A stretch of DNA of 64,000 nt from an uncultured Planctomycetaceae bacterium (GCA_963785305.1 CAWAUV010000004.1:448001-512000); one strand, 5' to 3'. Counted from the first letter of the stretch, positions 24,901 to 36,267 are shown. Program-made: numbers and translations. The notes: a model not told the origin generated them from the letters alone.

Positions 24901-26676
24901 ACTCATCACCCTCCAAGGCGGTCAGTTGATCAACAGCAGCGCCGGCACGACTTCGGTCGTGTCGCTCGGGTTCAATACCAACAACGGCGCATGGGGAGTA
25001 ACGCTCAATGCGACCTCGACCGTGGGCGGCGATGGCAATCTGACGATCGTCAGTCCCATCATCGATGCTCCGACCAATAGCGGAGTCTCGCAGGGATTCG
25101 GCCTCACGAAGGTCGGCGCCGGAATCTTTACCTCGCTTAGCCCGAACACCTACACCGGCGCCACCACGATCAACGGCGGCGTTTTCAGCACCGCTCAAAT
25201 CCTACCCGGCGGCATTGCCAGCGGGATCGGCCAATCGCTCAATCTCGCGCAGTTCCTAGTGCTCAATGGCGGCACGCTTCAGTACACCGGCAGTGGAACC
25301 ACGACCGACCGACTCTTCACGCTTGGACCCGGTGGCGGCGGGCTCGATTCCTCGGGCGTCGGCGCCATCGCCTGGAACGGCAACTCGGTCACGACCGGAA
25401 CCGCCGCCGGCAACGCAATCGCGTTCTCCGGCTCCAACACGAGCCCCACGCTGACCTTCACCGGTTCCTATACCGGCAGCGCGAACACCTTCGCTCCGAT
25501 CATCGGCGACAATGGCTCGGGCGCGACCGGGGTGGCCATGACCGGGGCCGGAACCTGGCTGGTCACCGGAGCCAACACCTACAGCGGCGCCACCACGGTG
25601 TCGAGCGGAGTGCTCCAGGCCGGCGTCGCGACGAACGCATCCGCGACCTCGGGCGCCTTCGGCGTGAACTCGGCCGTGACCGTCGGCATGACGACCTCCG
25701 CCGCCACGCTCGATCTCAATGGCCTCAACGAATCGATCGGCTCGCTGGCCGGCAATGCCAACGGCGCCGTGTCGCTCGGCGTTGGAACGCTCACCGTGGG
25801 CGGCATTCCAAGCGCCAGCACCGTGTTCTCTGGCGTCATCACCGGCTCGGGCGGCCTCACGGTCACGGGCGGCGGCTGGCCCTGGCCGCCACGCTTGCCA
25901 ATCCCAATACCTACTCCGGGCCGACCACCGTCAGCGGCGGCTCGCTGTTTGTCGATGGGTATCATGGAACAAGCGGAGTGCCGATCGCCAATGTATACAC
26001 CATCGCCAGTGGCGGAACCCTCGGCGGCTCGGGGAGCATCTATCTGGCGAGCACGGTGGGCGGCGGGCCCAATCCGGGCGTGACCGTCAACGGCATCTTG
26101 GTGCCGGGCTACAATCCCAACAATCCCGCCGGTCCGGGCGCGACCGGCTTGGCCGTGAACGCGACTTCGGCCACGAACCCCGCGGTGACGCTCAACACCG
26201 GCTCGCAGTTCGACGCGTATCTGACCAGCAGCACCGCGTCGAGCAATTATGTGCCCACTTCGGGTCCACCGGGCACGAATTTGAACCTGCCGCCGGCCTC
26301 GTATCTCGATGTGACGACCGGCGTGGTCACGATTTCGACCGGCGTGACATTGAATCTGTTTGGCGATTCGAGCGTGCATGCCGGAGAGAGCTTCACGATC
26401 ATCGACCCCTCGACGACGAGCGGTCAGTTCTCGAGCGTCACGTTCACCGACCCCTCGAATCCGGGCCTTACGGCCCAGGTCTACTACAACCAGGGCCTCA
26501 CGGGCCAAGATGTGGTGGTGACCCTCGTGCCCGAGCCAAGCTCGTGGCTGCTGGCCGCGTTCTCCGCCGCGGGACTCCTCGGCTGGCAATGGCGCCGGCG
26601 CCGGAATGGATGCGTGGGGGAGATTCCAATTTTCAGTGGGCGGCTTTCTCGCCGAAAATCGAACACTGAACTCTGA
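15988..26676 (+). CDS. Giant (~3,560 aa) autotransporter-associated beta-strand repeat surface protein with C-terminal PEP-CTERM sorting signal (one gene split by 5 apparent indels)
   Basis: Signal peptide ending AEA|Q; many G.GTLTL.G.NTYTG.T repeats; T/G/S/N-rich; ends VPEPSSWLLAAFSAAGLLGWQWRRRR. Frames join at ~19861, 22680, 22901, 23012 and 25875. Start could be 15918. Confidence 0.85.
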
Positions 26677-26704
26677 CAGCCGATCCGAGAACTTCGGCGA
26701 GCCC

Positions 26705-26738
26705 TCGCCCTATCGTCTCCCAAAGGGAGAGGGGGCGA
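26705..26738. terminator. Hairpin (TCTCCC-AAA-GGGAGA core) between convergent genes; REP-like or terminator
   Basis: Inverted repeat with outer arms TCGCCC/GGGCGA; no U-tract. Confidence 0.35.
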
Positions 26739-26760
26739 CTTGTCGTATAGGCTCTAAATA

Positions 26761-27708
26761 CTAATTTCCGACGCTCGCGATCGAGCGGTAGTATTCGATC
26801 GAGCGCTCGAGTCCCGCGTCGAAGCCCACTTGGGGTTCATAGCCGAGCGCGAGGCGGGCCTGGGTGATATCGGCCAGACTTTCGCGCACATCGCCCACCC
26901 GCGGCGCCAGGCGCCGCGGCGATTCGTTCGTCCCCAGCAGGCGATTCAGCGTCGCCAAGAGGTCGAGCAAACTGATGCCGCGGCCGTTGGCCAAATTGAA
27001 CATTCGCCCGGCGACCTGGGGCGCGTCGGCCGCCAAGAGATTGCCATGCACCACGTTTTCGACATAGGTGAAGTCGCGCGATTGCAGGCCATCGCCGAAC
27101 ACCGTCGGGCGCTCGCCGCGCAAGAGGGTGGTGATGAACTTGGGAATCACGGCCGAGTATTCGCTATTTGGATCTTGCCGCGGTCCGAACACGTTGAAGT
27201 AGCGGAGCGCCACGGTCTCGAAACCATAGGTGGACCAAAAGGCGTGGCAGTAATACTCGGCGGCGAGCTTGGCGGCGCCATAGGGCGAGATCGGCGCCGG
27301 CAGGTCGCTCTCCCGCTTGGAACTCGTGGGCAAGTCGCCATAAGCGCTGCTCGAAGCCGCATAGACCATTCGGCGCACTCCCGCCCGGCGGGCCGCGTCG
27401 AGCAGCGAAACGGTTCCGGTGACGCAATGCAGATGCGTGTCGAGTGGCCGTTCGACGCTGCGTGGCACGCTTGCGAGCGCCGCTTGGTGAAACACGCAGT
27501 CGACGCCCGCCACGGCGGCGCGCACCGCCTCGCCGTTGGTCAGATCGCCATGCAGAAATTCGATCTTCGATCGCACGGCGCTCAGGTTGTGTTCATAACC
27601 GGTGCTCAGGTTGTCGAGCACGCGCACCCGATCGCCGCGCGCCACGAGCGCCGCCACGATATGCGAGCCGATAAAGCCCGCTCCGCCGGTGACCAACATT
27701 GTGCGCAT
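26761..27708 (-). CDS. NAD-dependent nucleotide-sugar epimerase/dehydratase (extended SDR, WbpP-like)
   Basis: LVTGGAGFIGSH, HQAALASVPRSV, ASSSAYG, YGAAK, LRYFNVFGPRQDP, GDGLQSRDFTYV. Confidence 0.92.
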   Translation of the reverse strand: MRTMLVTGGAGFIGSHIVAALVARGDRVRVLDNLSTGYEHNLSAVRSKIEFLHGDLTNGEAVRAAVAGVDCVFHQAALASVPRSVERPLDTHLHCVTGTVSLLDAARRAGVRRMVYAASSSAYGDLPTSSKRESDLPAPISPYGAAKLAAEYYCHAFWSTYGFETVALRYFNVFGPRQDPNSEYSAVIPKFITTLLRGERPTVFGDGLQSRDFTYVENVVHGNLLAADAPQVAGRMFNLANGRGISLLDLLATLNRLLGTNESPRRLAPRVGDVRESLADITQARLALGYEPQVGFDAGLERSIEYYRSIASVGN

Positions 27709-27894
27709 CGCGGTAGTTCTCCTGATTGTGCCGAGTGAGCCCCCCAGGGCGCGCCGCGGGGGCCCTCGCGGCAAGTTTAGCATACTCCGCTTCGCCGAGA
27801 ACGCCGCGAGTGCTGGAGAAAACCCTCGGCGCGGCTGAAAAGCAACGACCCGCGAGACCGCCGGGCCGATTGCAGACCGTTTTTGGTCCGTGCC

Positions 27895-29123
27895 TTACCA
27901 GACCGGTTCGACAACCATGCAGCCCGCGACCGGGGCTCTAAGCGCGGCGAGCGCGGCGCACATCGCGGCGGCGTCGCGTGGGCGGGTCCGGCCCAAGTGC
28001 AGCGCCAGCACCACGGCATCGACCGTGGGCGCGAGCTTCGCCACCGGGCCATTCAAGTCGCTGCCGCCCGCTATCAAAATCAATTCGTAGCGCTCACGGA
28101 GCGCGAGCCAAGGAAACGGTTCGCCCTCGGCTGGTTCATCGGCGGCCGATCCCCAAGCCACGAGGTCGATGCGCGGATCGCTGGTGCGTTCGATGACTTC
28201 GCTCCACGCGTGGCTGCCGGCCCACACTTGCATGGCGCCGCGTCGCTCGTCAACGCGAAGGTCGGCCGGCAGAAACTCGCTCCGGTCGCCAAGCGAAAGG
28301 ATCAGGGTGTGCGCGTGATTGACCGCCGCGGCGGCCTGCGCCAATTCGATCAAGGCAAAGCCGCCCGAGGACTCGGCGTCGGGCGTGACAAAGAGCGCCA
28401 CGCGCCCAGCGGCTTTCCCAGGCCCGCCGCTGGCGAGCAGTCGGGCCGCCGCGCGCGAGTAATGCTGCTGTCGATCGAACACCACCGGCGGCAGCGTTCG
28501 CAAACCTTCGCGCCGCGATTCGAAAGGCAAGGTTTCGGCGGCGTCGGAAAGCGGGTCGTCGGCGGACTCGAGTTCGGCGTCAACCGCCGCGGTCCGTTCC
28601 ATCGCGGTCACGTCGCTCTTCTCGGCGACTTCGCTCTTCCCGGGACGATTGCCCAGGGCGCGGCCCGCGGATGGCAAATCGAATTCGTCGGTTTCCAGTA
28701 CCACGAGATCCAAACTCGAGGCCGGTTCGCCGATCATTTCGATATCGACGGGCGCATTTCCAGCGAATGGGAATCAATCGATTCCAATTGAACGGCCGTC
28801 GGCTCGCGAAGCCGGATGTCCGAGGTGACATACATCGGCGAATCGGCCAAGGCATTGGCCATCGCGGTCTCGACGCCGAACGGTCGCAGCCGGAAGCCGC
28901 CCGCCGCGGATTCACATTTCCGTTGCTCGTCCTCATCGCCCGCGCCCAATACACATAGCCGCCCCGGCGCCGGTCCCGAAACGGCGGCGCTCGCCAGTGG
29001 CGAAATGGAACGCGAGGGTTCCTCGGAGTCCGTTTTTGCGGCCGCGTTCGCGGACGAGCGATCGAGACCATTGGCGTTGCGGCGATTTTCGATTTCGCGC
29101 AGCGCGGCGAGCATGCGACTCAT
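27895..29123 (-). CDS. Degenerate CpsD/CapB (tyrosine-kinase/MinD-like) protein
   Basis: N-terminal MSRMLAALREIE and C-terminal LRERYELILI...DAVVLAL...GCMVV resemble CpsD, but no clear Walker A. Indel at ~28755. Confidence 0.5.
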
Positions 29124-29203
29124 GGCATCGAGTCCCGAAGTGTTTGAAAGTGCCGTCGATTGCGATTTGGCTGTTTTCTCGCGACCAGACTCGTGGTTGC
29201 AAA

Positions 29204-30811
29204 TCAGCCGCGGCGAAGCTTGGCGAAGAGTTGGCGATATTCTTGTCGCTTCACTTGAGGGCGACCGGTGAACGTCGTCGGCGGCGGGGCCGGGTCGTCT
29301 TCGATCACAATCAAGTCGATGTCTTCCAAGTCGTCGGCCGCGGGGCCCTCGAGCGGCGAATTTCCGCCCGCTGCCCTCGACAAGTCCGGGGATTTCGAGG
29401 GTTCCGAACTTTTCGAGGCGGTGGCGTCGCGATTGGCCGCCTCGGCCGACGCCGCGCGGCCACTTCCGGCAAGGAATGGCCGGATCACCTCGCCGGAGCC
29501 GATTTCGAAGCTCGACGTAAACGATTCGACTTGCGTCGGCGGCGATTCGCTCCGTCCGGCGCTGTATTCAGCGCGTGCCTTCGCGGGCCGAGCCCCATCG
29601 ATGATTCGCGCCGCGGCGGCGAGCGATTGGCCGAGCGCTTGGCCATCGGCGCTGCTGACCAACGGACGGCCGGCGAACATTTCGGTATCGAGCGACGCAT
29701 AGGGATCAAAAACGATCTCTTCCTCGGCGAAGTTCTCACCGAAGGGATGCGGCTCGGAAGTGACGATGATCTCGGAGCTCGGACCGGTTTTGGGGCCGAT
29801 CGAACCCGCCGGCATGAATTCGTCATCGAGTTGATCGAGAAGTCGTTCGCTCTCGTCGAGCCGGGCCTCGATCGACGGCTCGGCCCAGCCGGCGGGGCGC
29901 TGAAACGGTATCGCATGGGGCGTCTCGGCGTCGGATTCGAGTCCGCCGAATTCGATCGTCGCATGGCCGGCGATCGTTTCGCGTTCTTCCGACCACCGAG
30001 CCGGAAGTTGCTGCAGATCTGCCCAGGATTCCTCGATGGTTTTTCCTCGCACGACCCGCTCGCCGGCGATCGACGCCAGAATGAGCGCGTGATCGCACAC
30101 TTGATTCACCAAGCGGGGAATGCCATCGGTCGAGCGGTAAAGAAATTCGAACGCGTCGGCGGCAAACAGCGTTTCGGGGTCGCCGCCAGCATGGCTGATC
30201 TGCGAGCGGGCATAGTTGGCCGTCTCGGCGCGGTCGAAGGGGCCAAGGTAGACTCGGGCCGCGAGCCGCTGGCTGAATGATTCGAGTTTCGGGTTGGCGA
30301 ATGTTTCCTCGAGCGAAGCGTTGCCGGCCAGCACGATCCGCACGCGGTGTTCGCCACTCGCGATCACATTGCCTAGGAGCCGTAGTTCCTCGAGCATCCG
30401 CGGCGTCAGGGCATGGGCCTCGTCGACCAACAGTACGACGCCTTGCCGGTCGCGGCAGCCGTTGATGGCGTAGTCGGCGAGCGCGAGCCGCAGTTCGCCT
30501 TCGTCGAGCCCGCGAAAGGGCTGGCCGAGTTCGTGAAGCATTGCTTGGAGCAGGGCCCGGCGCCGGCCGAAAGGCCCGCCAGCAAGCACCGCGGTTTTGA
30601 ATCGATCGCCGAGCTTTCGGGCAAGCAACTGGCAAAGCATCGACTTGCCGGTTCCGGCGGGCCCGACCACGATCGCCGGGCCCTCGGCCCGCTCGACGCA
30701 ACGCGCGATCGTTTGTTTGGCGAGCTCGATCGACGCGGCGGGAAAATAGCGGTCGACCTGAACGGCGGCGGCAAACGGCCGACGGCGCAACTGAAAGAAT
30801 GCTTCGTACAT
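29204..30811 (-). CDS. ExeA/GspA family AAA ATPase
   Basis: MYEAFFQLRRRPF, GPAGTGKS (Walker A), LLVDEAHAL (Walker B), LEELRLL, GIPRLVNQVCDHAL; acidic low-complexity C-terminus. Confidence 0.9.
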   Translation of the reverse strand: MYEAFFQLRRRPFAAAVQVDRYFPAASIELAKQTIARCVERAEGPAIVVGPAGTGKSMLCQLLARKLGDRFKTAVLAGGPFGRRRALLQAMLHELGQPFRGLDEGELRLALADYAINGCRDRQGVVLLVDEAHALTPRMLEELRLLGNVIASGEHRVRIVLAGNASLEETFANPKLESFSQRLAARVYLGPFDRAETANYARSQISHAGGDPETLFAADAFEFLYRSTDGIPRLVNQVCDHALILASIAGERVVRGKTIEESWADLQQLPARWSEERETIAGHATIEFGGLESDAETPHAIPFQRPAGWAEPSIEARLDESERLLDQLDDEFMPAGSIGPKTGPSSEIIVTSEPHPFGENFAEEEIVFDPYASLDTEMFAGRPLVSSADGQALGQSLAAAARIIDGARPAKARAEYSAGRSESPPTQVESFTSSFEIGSGEVIRPFLAGSGRAASAEAANRDATASKSSEPSKSPDLSRAAGGNSPLEGPAADDLEDIDLIVIEDDPAPPPTTFTGRPQVKRQEYRQLFAKLRRG

Positions 30812-30999
30812 GAAAAGCCTTCCTTGGATAACGCGGGCCGATCACCCCACGAGCCGATCCGAAATGCCAGGGCATTCACTTCTGTTCGGCAGCTCGGAGG
30901 GCGTGGCTCAAAACAGTTTTTTTCGCGAAGCCGATTGCCGGTCCGCGACGGCGAGGCGCCAACTCAATGTGTATCGCGACATTTCGATGTTTTCCCGGA

Positions 31000-32324
31000 C
31001 TACGAATGCAACCCATGCAGACCACGGGCCATGGCTCCGATGGGATGCTGAATTATCTCGATGGGAAAATGCAGGTCATGGACCGTGAGCGCCGTGAGCA
31101 AAAACGCCATGGCGGCCAGGGTTCCTTCGCACGCCAGGAGCCAAAATACGAGCCAAGAAGCATCGGATCTCGTTTTTTCGGTGTTCAGCAACGACCCGCC
31201 GCTGGCAGGCACCACAGCCAGCACGGGGATTGGTAGCAACGCGGCCACGGAATCGACTGTCAGGAGCGGGGCGGCCTGTTCGAGCGAGACCACCGAAGTG
31301 GCCACTCGAAGCGCCACGGCTTCGAGCCCCAGCAGACTTGCCAGGGCCGCGGCCAGTGACCAGCCCGCCGGACCGGCCGCGCCGGCGCTTGCATTGTCGA
31401 TCGATGATCGATCGTGTTCCGCGGCCGAGGCGAGATCGTCGCCGGGAGCGCTCAGGGCGCCGCCTTGCCGGCGGAGCTCATCCTCGCGGTCAAGCGCCTG
31501 TTGTTCGGCGCGAACGCACTTTTGGAGTTCCTCTTGCGAGCGATCCCAAGCGATTCGCACCGCGTCTTCGGCTTCTTGATCGGCCCGATCGGCCGCCGAC
31601 GCGGGGGGCGCGGTCGTGTCGCCCGAAAGTGTCGGTTCGTCGCCTTGGCCCGCGAGCCGGGGACCCGCGCCGTCGGTCGGGGCCGACCCATGTGCCGAGT
31701 CGGTTTGGGTCGCGGTGTTTTGGCGCGGGATGTTTTGGAATGGGGCGGATTCACTGTCGGCGAGGAACTTGGGCACGCGTTTGAGCTCGTCGTCGAGCGC
31801 GGCCATTCGCGAAATAACGGCCACCGCGTCGGGATGTTCGCGGGTATAGCGTTGCAGCAGCACATCGAGCTGATTCGACAATCGCTGCATATCAGCGAGC
31901 ATTTCGCTATACTGAGGGTTCAGGGCCGGAGTCCGTTTTTCGCCGTGGCCTCGCGCAGCCGGGCCGCTTGCTGAGTTTCGCGCGCTGCGCGAGCGGCGAG
32001 GCATTCCTCCCAATCGTGTTCCGCCGATGCCACGCCGCGCCGGGCCGCGTCGACCGCCGCGCGAGCCGCGAAAACGGCCGATTGCGCTTCGACATAGTCC
32101 CTGCGCACTTGGGCAGCGGCAGAATGCGGCTCCCCTGGGCCGGGCTTCGCCGCGGGCGCTCGCGGGGCTTGCGGCGAGTTGACCACCAAACCCCCCAGCG
32201 GAGTTTGCGATACGACAATCAACCACCAACTCGCCACAGCCACGGCGGTGATCGAGAGCACATAAATCGGTTGGTCGCGGCGAATGGTCGCAAACCATTT
32301 TTGTCGAGATCGGTCGCCGGGCAC
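31000..32324 (-). CDS. Wzz/GumC-like coiled-coil membrane protein (frameshifted)
   Basis: N-terminal TM, NPQY...YTREHPD coiled coil, TM, LPIPVLAVVP, C-terminal TM. Indel at ~31953. Confidence 0.55.
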
Positions 32325-32421
32325 GCGAAGGAGTCCTGCGTGAGTGATGGGAGACTCTTGGATTCGTCTTGTCGACGAGGCAATGAGTCAGCTTCTTGAA
32401 TCGGCCATTGAGGGGATCGAC

Positions 32422-33148
32422 TTGAGTCGAGCATGGACAATCAAGATTTGCGGCGTCACGACCGCCGCGGATGCTATGACGGCGATCGCGGCTGGCGCCG
32501 ATGCGATCGGACTCAATTTTCATCCGGGGAGTCCGCGATATGTCGCCCCCGCGCGGGCCCAGGAAATCGCGGCGGCGATCGGCTCTCGGGCGGTGAAGGT
32601 CGGGGTGTTCGTGAACCGCGCGGTCGAGGAGATTTGCGAACTTCGCGACTTGGCCCAGCTCGATTCGGTGCAGCTTCACGGCGACGAGCAGCCGGAATTC
32701 GTGGCGGCGCTCACCGCCGCCTTGCGCGCTGAAAGAATTGATTCCAAGGCACTTGGGCGGTGCATCCATCGTTCGGGCGTTTCGACCCGTCGGTTCTTTG
32801 GCTTCAGTCAAGCGGTATTTGATGGCTTGCCGTGAGTTGGAGTGCCTTCCGGCCCGATGGCTGGTCGACGCCGCGCCGCCGGGCCAATACGGAGGCGCCG
32901 GGCAGGTGGCCGATTGGTCCATGATTGCGAAGCGAGCCGAGCTGGCGGCCCAAATTCCGTTGGTGCTCGCCGGCGGATTGACTCCGGAGAATGTGGCGGC
33001 GGCGATCCGTGCCGTTCGGCCGGCGGCGGTCGATGTCGCGAGCGGCGTGGAGACGGACCAGCGAACGAAATCGCACGCGCTCATGTCGGCCTTCGCGGCC
33101 GAGGCGAAACGGGGCTTCGATGAACTAGAATTAGGCGCTGCGCGTTGA
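32422..33148 (+). CDS. trpF: Phosphoribosylanthranilate isomerase
   Basis: IKICGVT, GADAIGLNF, SPRYV, VGVFVN, VQLHGDE, LAGGLTPENV, VDVASGVE. Indel at ~32724. Confidence 0.92.
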
Positions 33149-33376
33149 TTGCCTTGCGAGCACCGACGGGCGCCTGGGAAAAGAGGAGCTTTTTACCGGT
33201 TCGTGGTCGTGGCGCCCGTTTCCCAAACGTAAAAGCAATATTATCATGGGGTCACGTCCGCCCCAGTCGCCGGCGGGCGCTGGGCGGTCGTCACTTACAG
33301 GAATTCCCCCAGATATATCGCCTAGGATTACAGTTGGCTGCAATTCGCCAACTTCCTTTTTAGAGGAGACAGTAGC

Positions 33377-34691
33377 GTGACCCAGGTCGCAAATCGTTTG
33401 CCGTACAAAGTCAAAGACATTGCCCAAGCCGATCTCGGTCGCCGCGAGATTATGCTGGCCGAAAATGAAATGCCGGGCCTGATGTCGCTCCGCACGAAAT
33501 ACGGCCGCTCGAAGCCGCTCGCGGGGGCCCGCATCGCCGGCTGTTTGCACATGACGGTGCAGACCGCGGTGCTGATCGAGACCCTGGTCGCGCTCGGCGC
33601 CGAAGTCACGTGGAGCAGTTGCAATATCTTCAGCACCCACGACCCGGCGGCGGCGGCGATCGCCAAGGCCGGCGTGCCGGTGTATGCCTGGAAGGGCATG
33701 ACCAACGAAGAATTCGACTGGTGCATCGAGCAAACGCTCTACTTCGCCGATGGCAAGCCGCTGAACATGATCCTCGACGATGGCGGCGACCTGACGGCCA
33801 TGATTTATCAACGATTTCCCGAACTGCTCGGCGAGATTCGCGGCATCAGCGAGGAAACGACCACTGGCGTGCATCGCCTCTATCACATGCATGCTCGTGG
33901 CGAGCTCAAGACTCCGTGCATCAACGTGAACGATTCGGTGACGAAAAGCAAGTTCGACAATCTATACGGCTGCCGCGAATCGCTGGCCGACGGCATCAAA
34001 CGGGCCACCGACGTAATGGTGGCCGGCAAAGTCGTTGTCGTGGCTGGCTACGGCGATGTGGGCAAGGGCTGCGCCCATGCAATGCGTTCGCTAGGCGCCC
34101 GAGTGCTAATCACCGAAATTGACCCGATTAACGCGCTACAAGCGGCGATGGAGGGTTATGAAGTGACGACGATGGAAGACGCCGCCTCGCGCGCGAACAT
34201 TTTCGTCACCGCCACCGGATGCCCCGACATCATTTTGGGCAAGCACATGCAGCAGATGCCCAACGACGCAATCGTGTGCAACATTGGGCATTTTGATGTC
34301 GAGATCGACATGGCGTGGCTCAACAGCCACGCGCGATGTGAAAAAGATGGAAATCAAGCCGCAGGTCGACCGCTACACCTTCCCCAACGGCCGCTCATTG
34401 ATCGTGCTGGCCGAGGGCCGGCTTGTGAATCTCGGCTGCGCGAAGGGACACCCGTCGTTTGTCATGTCGAACAGCTTTACGAACCAAGTGCTGGCGCAGA
34501 TAGCACTTTGGAACGAGAGCGACAAATTCGCCGTGGGCGTGCATATGTTGCCCAAGAAGATGGACGAGGAAGTGGCCCGGCTGCATCTTGACAAGCTGGG
34601 CGTCAAGCTGACCAAGCTCACGGGCAAGCAGTCGGAGTATCTCGGCGTGCCGGTCGAAGGACCGTTCAAGCCGGAGCACTACCGGTACTAG
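33377..34691 (+). CDS. ahcY: Adenosylhomocysteinase
   Basis: [71 protein letters not shown]. Extra base at ~34331; strong RBS GAGGAG. Confidence 0.97.
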
Positions 34692-34756
34692 GCGATTTGG
34701 GCGGCGTGTCCGTTTTGTCTACTTGAGCGCCACGGGGCCGGGGGTTTGACAATTCG

Positions 34757-34801
34757 GCGGGGCTGCGGGATAACATCCGCGGCCCCGCTTTTTTTGTTTT
34801 T
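34757..34801 (+). terminator. Rho-independent terminator after ahcY
   Basis: 12-bp GC stem GCGGGGCTGCGG/CCGCGGCCCCGC followed by a long T tract. Confidence 0.85.
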
Positions 34802-34827
34802 CGGGCCCCCAGCCCAGTTCTCCAGGG

Positions 34828-34875
34828 TCACCGGCACATTCACCGGCACATTCACCGGCGCATTCACCGGCGCAT
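34828..34875. repeat. Four tandem 12-bp direct repeats TCACCGGCRCAT
   Basis: Units at 34828, 34840, 34852 and 34864; intergenic, 33 bp before the DUF1015 start. Confidence 0.9.
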
Positions 34876-34908
34876 TGAGCAAGGGCGCCGACACAAGGGT
34901 TTTCCGCC

Positions 34909-36228
34909 ATGCCTACCATGCAAGCGTTTCGCGGCATTCGATACGACCTGGGCCATGTCGGCTCATTGAGCGATGTGGTCGCTCCGCCCTATGACGTGAT
35001 CGGCGCGAAGTTGCAAGATGCACTCTACCGCCGCCACCCGGCCAATGTGATTCGCCTCGAGCTCAACCGCGAGGAGCCCGGCGACGATGGCGGCACAAGC
35101 CGCTACGAGCGCGCGGCCCGGTTCCTCAAGAACTGGCGCAGCGAAGGGGTGCTGTTCACCGAGCCGCAAGCGGCGCTCTATGTGTATCACCAGGTGTTCG
35201 AGACCGGCGGAAGCACATTTACCCGCCGCGGATTCATGGCCCGCTGCCAACTCGAGCGCTTCGGCCAGGGCAAGATTTATCCGCATGAAGAAACGATGTC
35301 GGGCCCCAAGCAAGATCGCCTCTTGCTCACGCGGGCCTGCAAAACGAACCTCAGCCAGATATTCGGACTATTTCCCGACCCAAGCAACGAAATCCAAAAC
35401 AAGCTCGAGGAAGCGGTTCGGCAGCAGACTCCGCTCGAGGCAACCGACCACCTGGGCGTTTTGCATCGGCTCTGGCCGGTGACCGATCCGGCGCTGATTT
35501 CCGCCGTGTCGGGGCTCATGGACGCCAAGCCCACGTTCATTGCCGATGGCCACCATCGCTATGAGACGGCCTGCAACTATCGCGACGAGCTCGCCGCGGC
35601 CCACGGCGGCTCGCTGCCGGCGAACCATCCGGCGAACTTCGTGCTGATGATGTTCATTGGCATGAACGACCCCGGGCTACTGGTCTTGCCGACGCATCGG
35701 CTCTTCCGCGGCCTGCCGAAAATGACGTCCGAACAGCTCGTGGCCAAACTGGGCGACTGCTTCACGACGCGCATCGTGGGCGAGGGCAGCGATTTGGCGG
35801 CGAGCGTGTGGGAAGAAATCGAGACCGAAGACCAACAGGGCACGCTCGGCCTTTACACGCCGGCCGACGAACGTTGGGTTCTGGCCAAGATCACTCCGGC
35901 CGGCGAGGCCCGCATGGCGGAAGTGGCGCCCGAGCACAGCGGCGATTGGCGGGGGCTTGGAGTGGCGATCTTGCATCGCCTGGTGATCGACACGCTGCTC
36001 GGCGCCAAAGACCTGCCGAAGCCGCGCTATGTTCACTTGGTGCAAGAAGTGGTCGACGGGCTCGATGGCGAGGGTGCCTCCGACGAATTTCAATTGGCGG
36101 CCCTAGTGATGCCAGCCACGGTCGACCATATCCGCGCGATCAGCGAACATGGCGAGCGGATGCCGGCCAAGAGCACCTATTTCTATCCCAAGCTGCTCAG
36201 CGGCCTGGTCTTTAACCCGCTCGAATAA
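34909..36228 (+). CDS. DUF1015 family protein
   Basis: FRGIRY, PPYDVI, PHEET, IADGHHRY, LPTHR, MPAKSTYFYPKL.SGL. Confidence 0.9.
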   Translation: MPTMQAFRGIRYDLGHVGSLSDVVAPPYDVIGAKLQDALYRRHPANVIRLELNREEPGDDGGTSRYERAARFLKNWRSEGVLFTEPQAALYVYHQVFETGGSTFTRRGFMARCQLERFGQGKIYPHEETMSGPKQDRLLLTRACKTNLSQIFGLFPDPSNEIQNKLEEAVRQQTPLEATDHLGVLHRLWPVTDPALISAVSGLMDAKPTFIADGHHRYETACNYRDELAAAHGGSLPANHPANFVLMMFIGMNDPGLLVLPTHRLFRGLPKMTSEQLVAKLGDCFTTRIVGEGSDLAASVWEEIETEDQQGTLGLYTPADERWVLAKITPAGEARMAEVAPEHSGDWRGLGVAILHRLVIDTLLGAKDLPKPRYVHLVQEVVDGLDGEGASDEFQLAALVMPATVDHIRAISEHGERMPAKSTYFYPKLLSGLVFNPLE

Positions 36229-36251
36229 TCACCGCGGCTCGCGCTGGGGGC

Positions 36252-36267
36252 CGTTTCACGTGAAACG
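36252..36267. promoter_or_regulatory. parS centromere site 1
   Basis: Palindrome CGTTTCACGTGAAACG; core matches the universal parS TGTTTCACGTGAAACA; upstream of parAB. Confidence 0.9.

Noticed and set aside
31000..33084. 694-aa ORF as one gene
   Set aside because: Its 5' part is antisense to trpF; only 31000 to ~31950 is the real frame of the Wzz-like gene.
33149..33376. SAH or SAM riboswitch upstream of ahcY
   Set aside because: GAGGAGC is present, but the rest of the SAH consensus (GYUGC...AGGCUC) is not recognisable.
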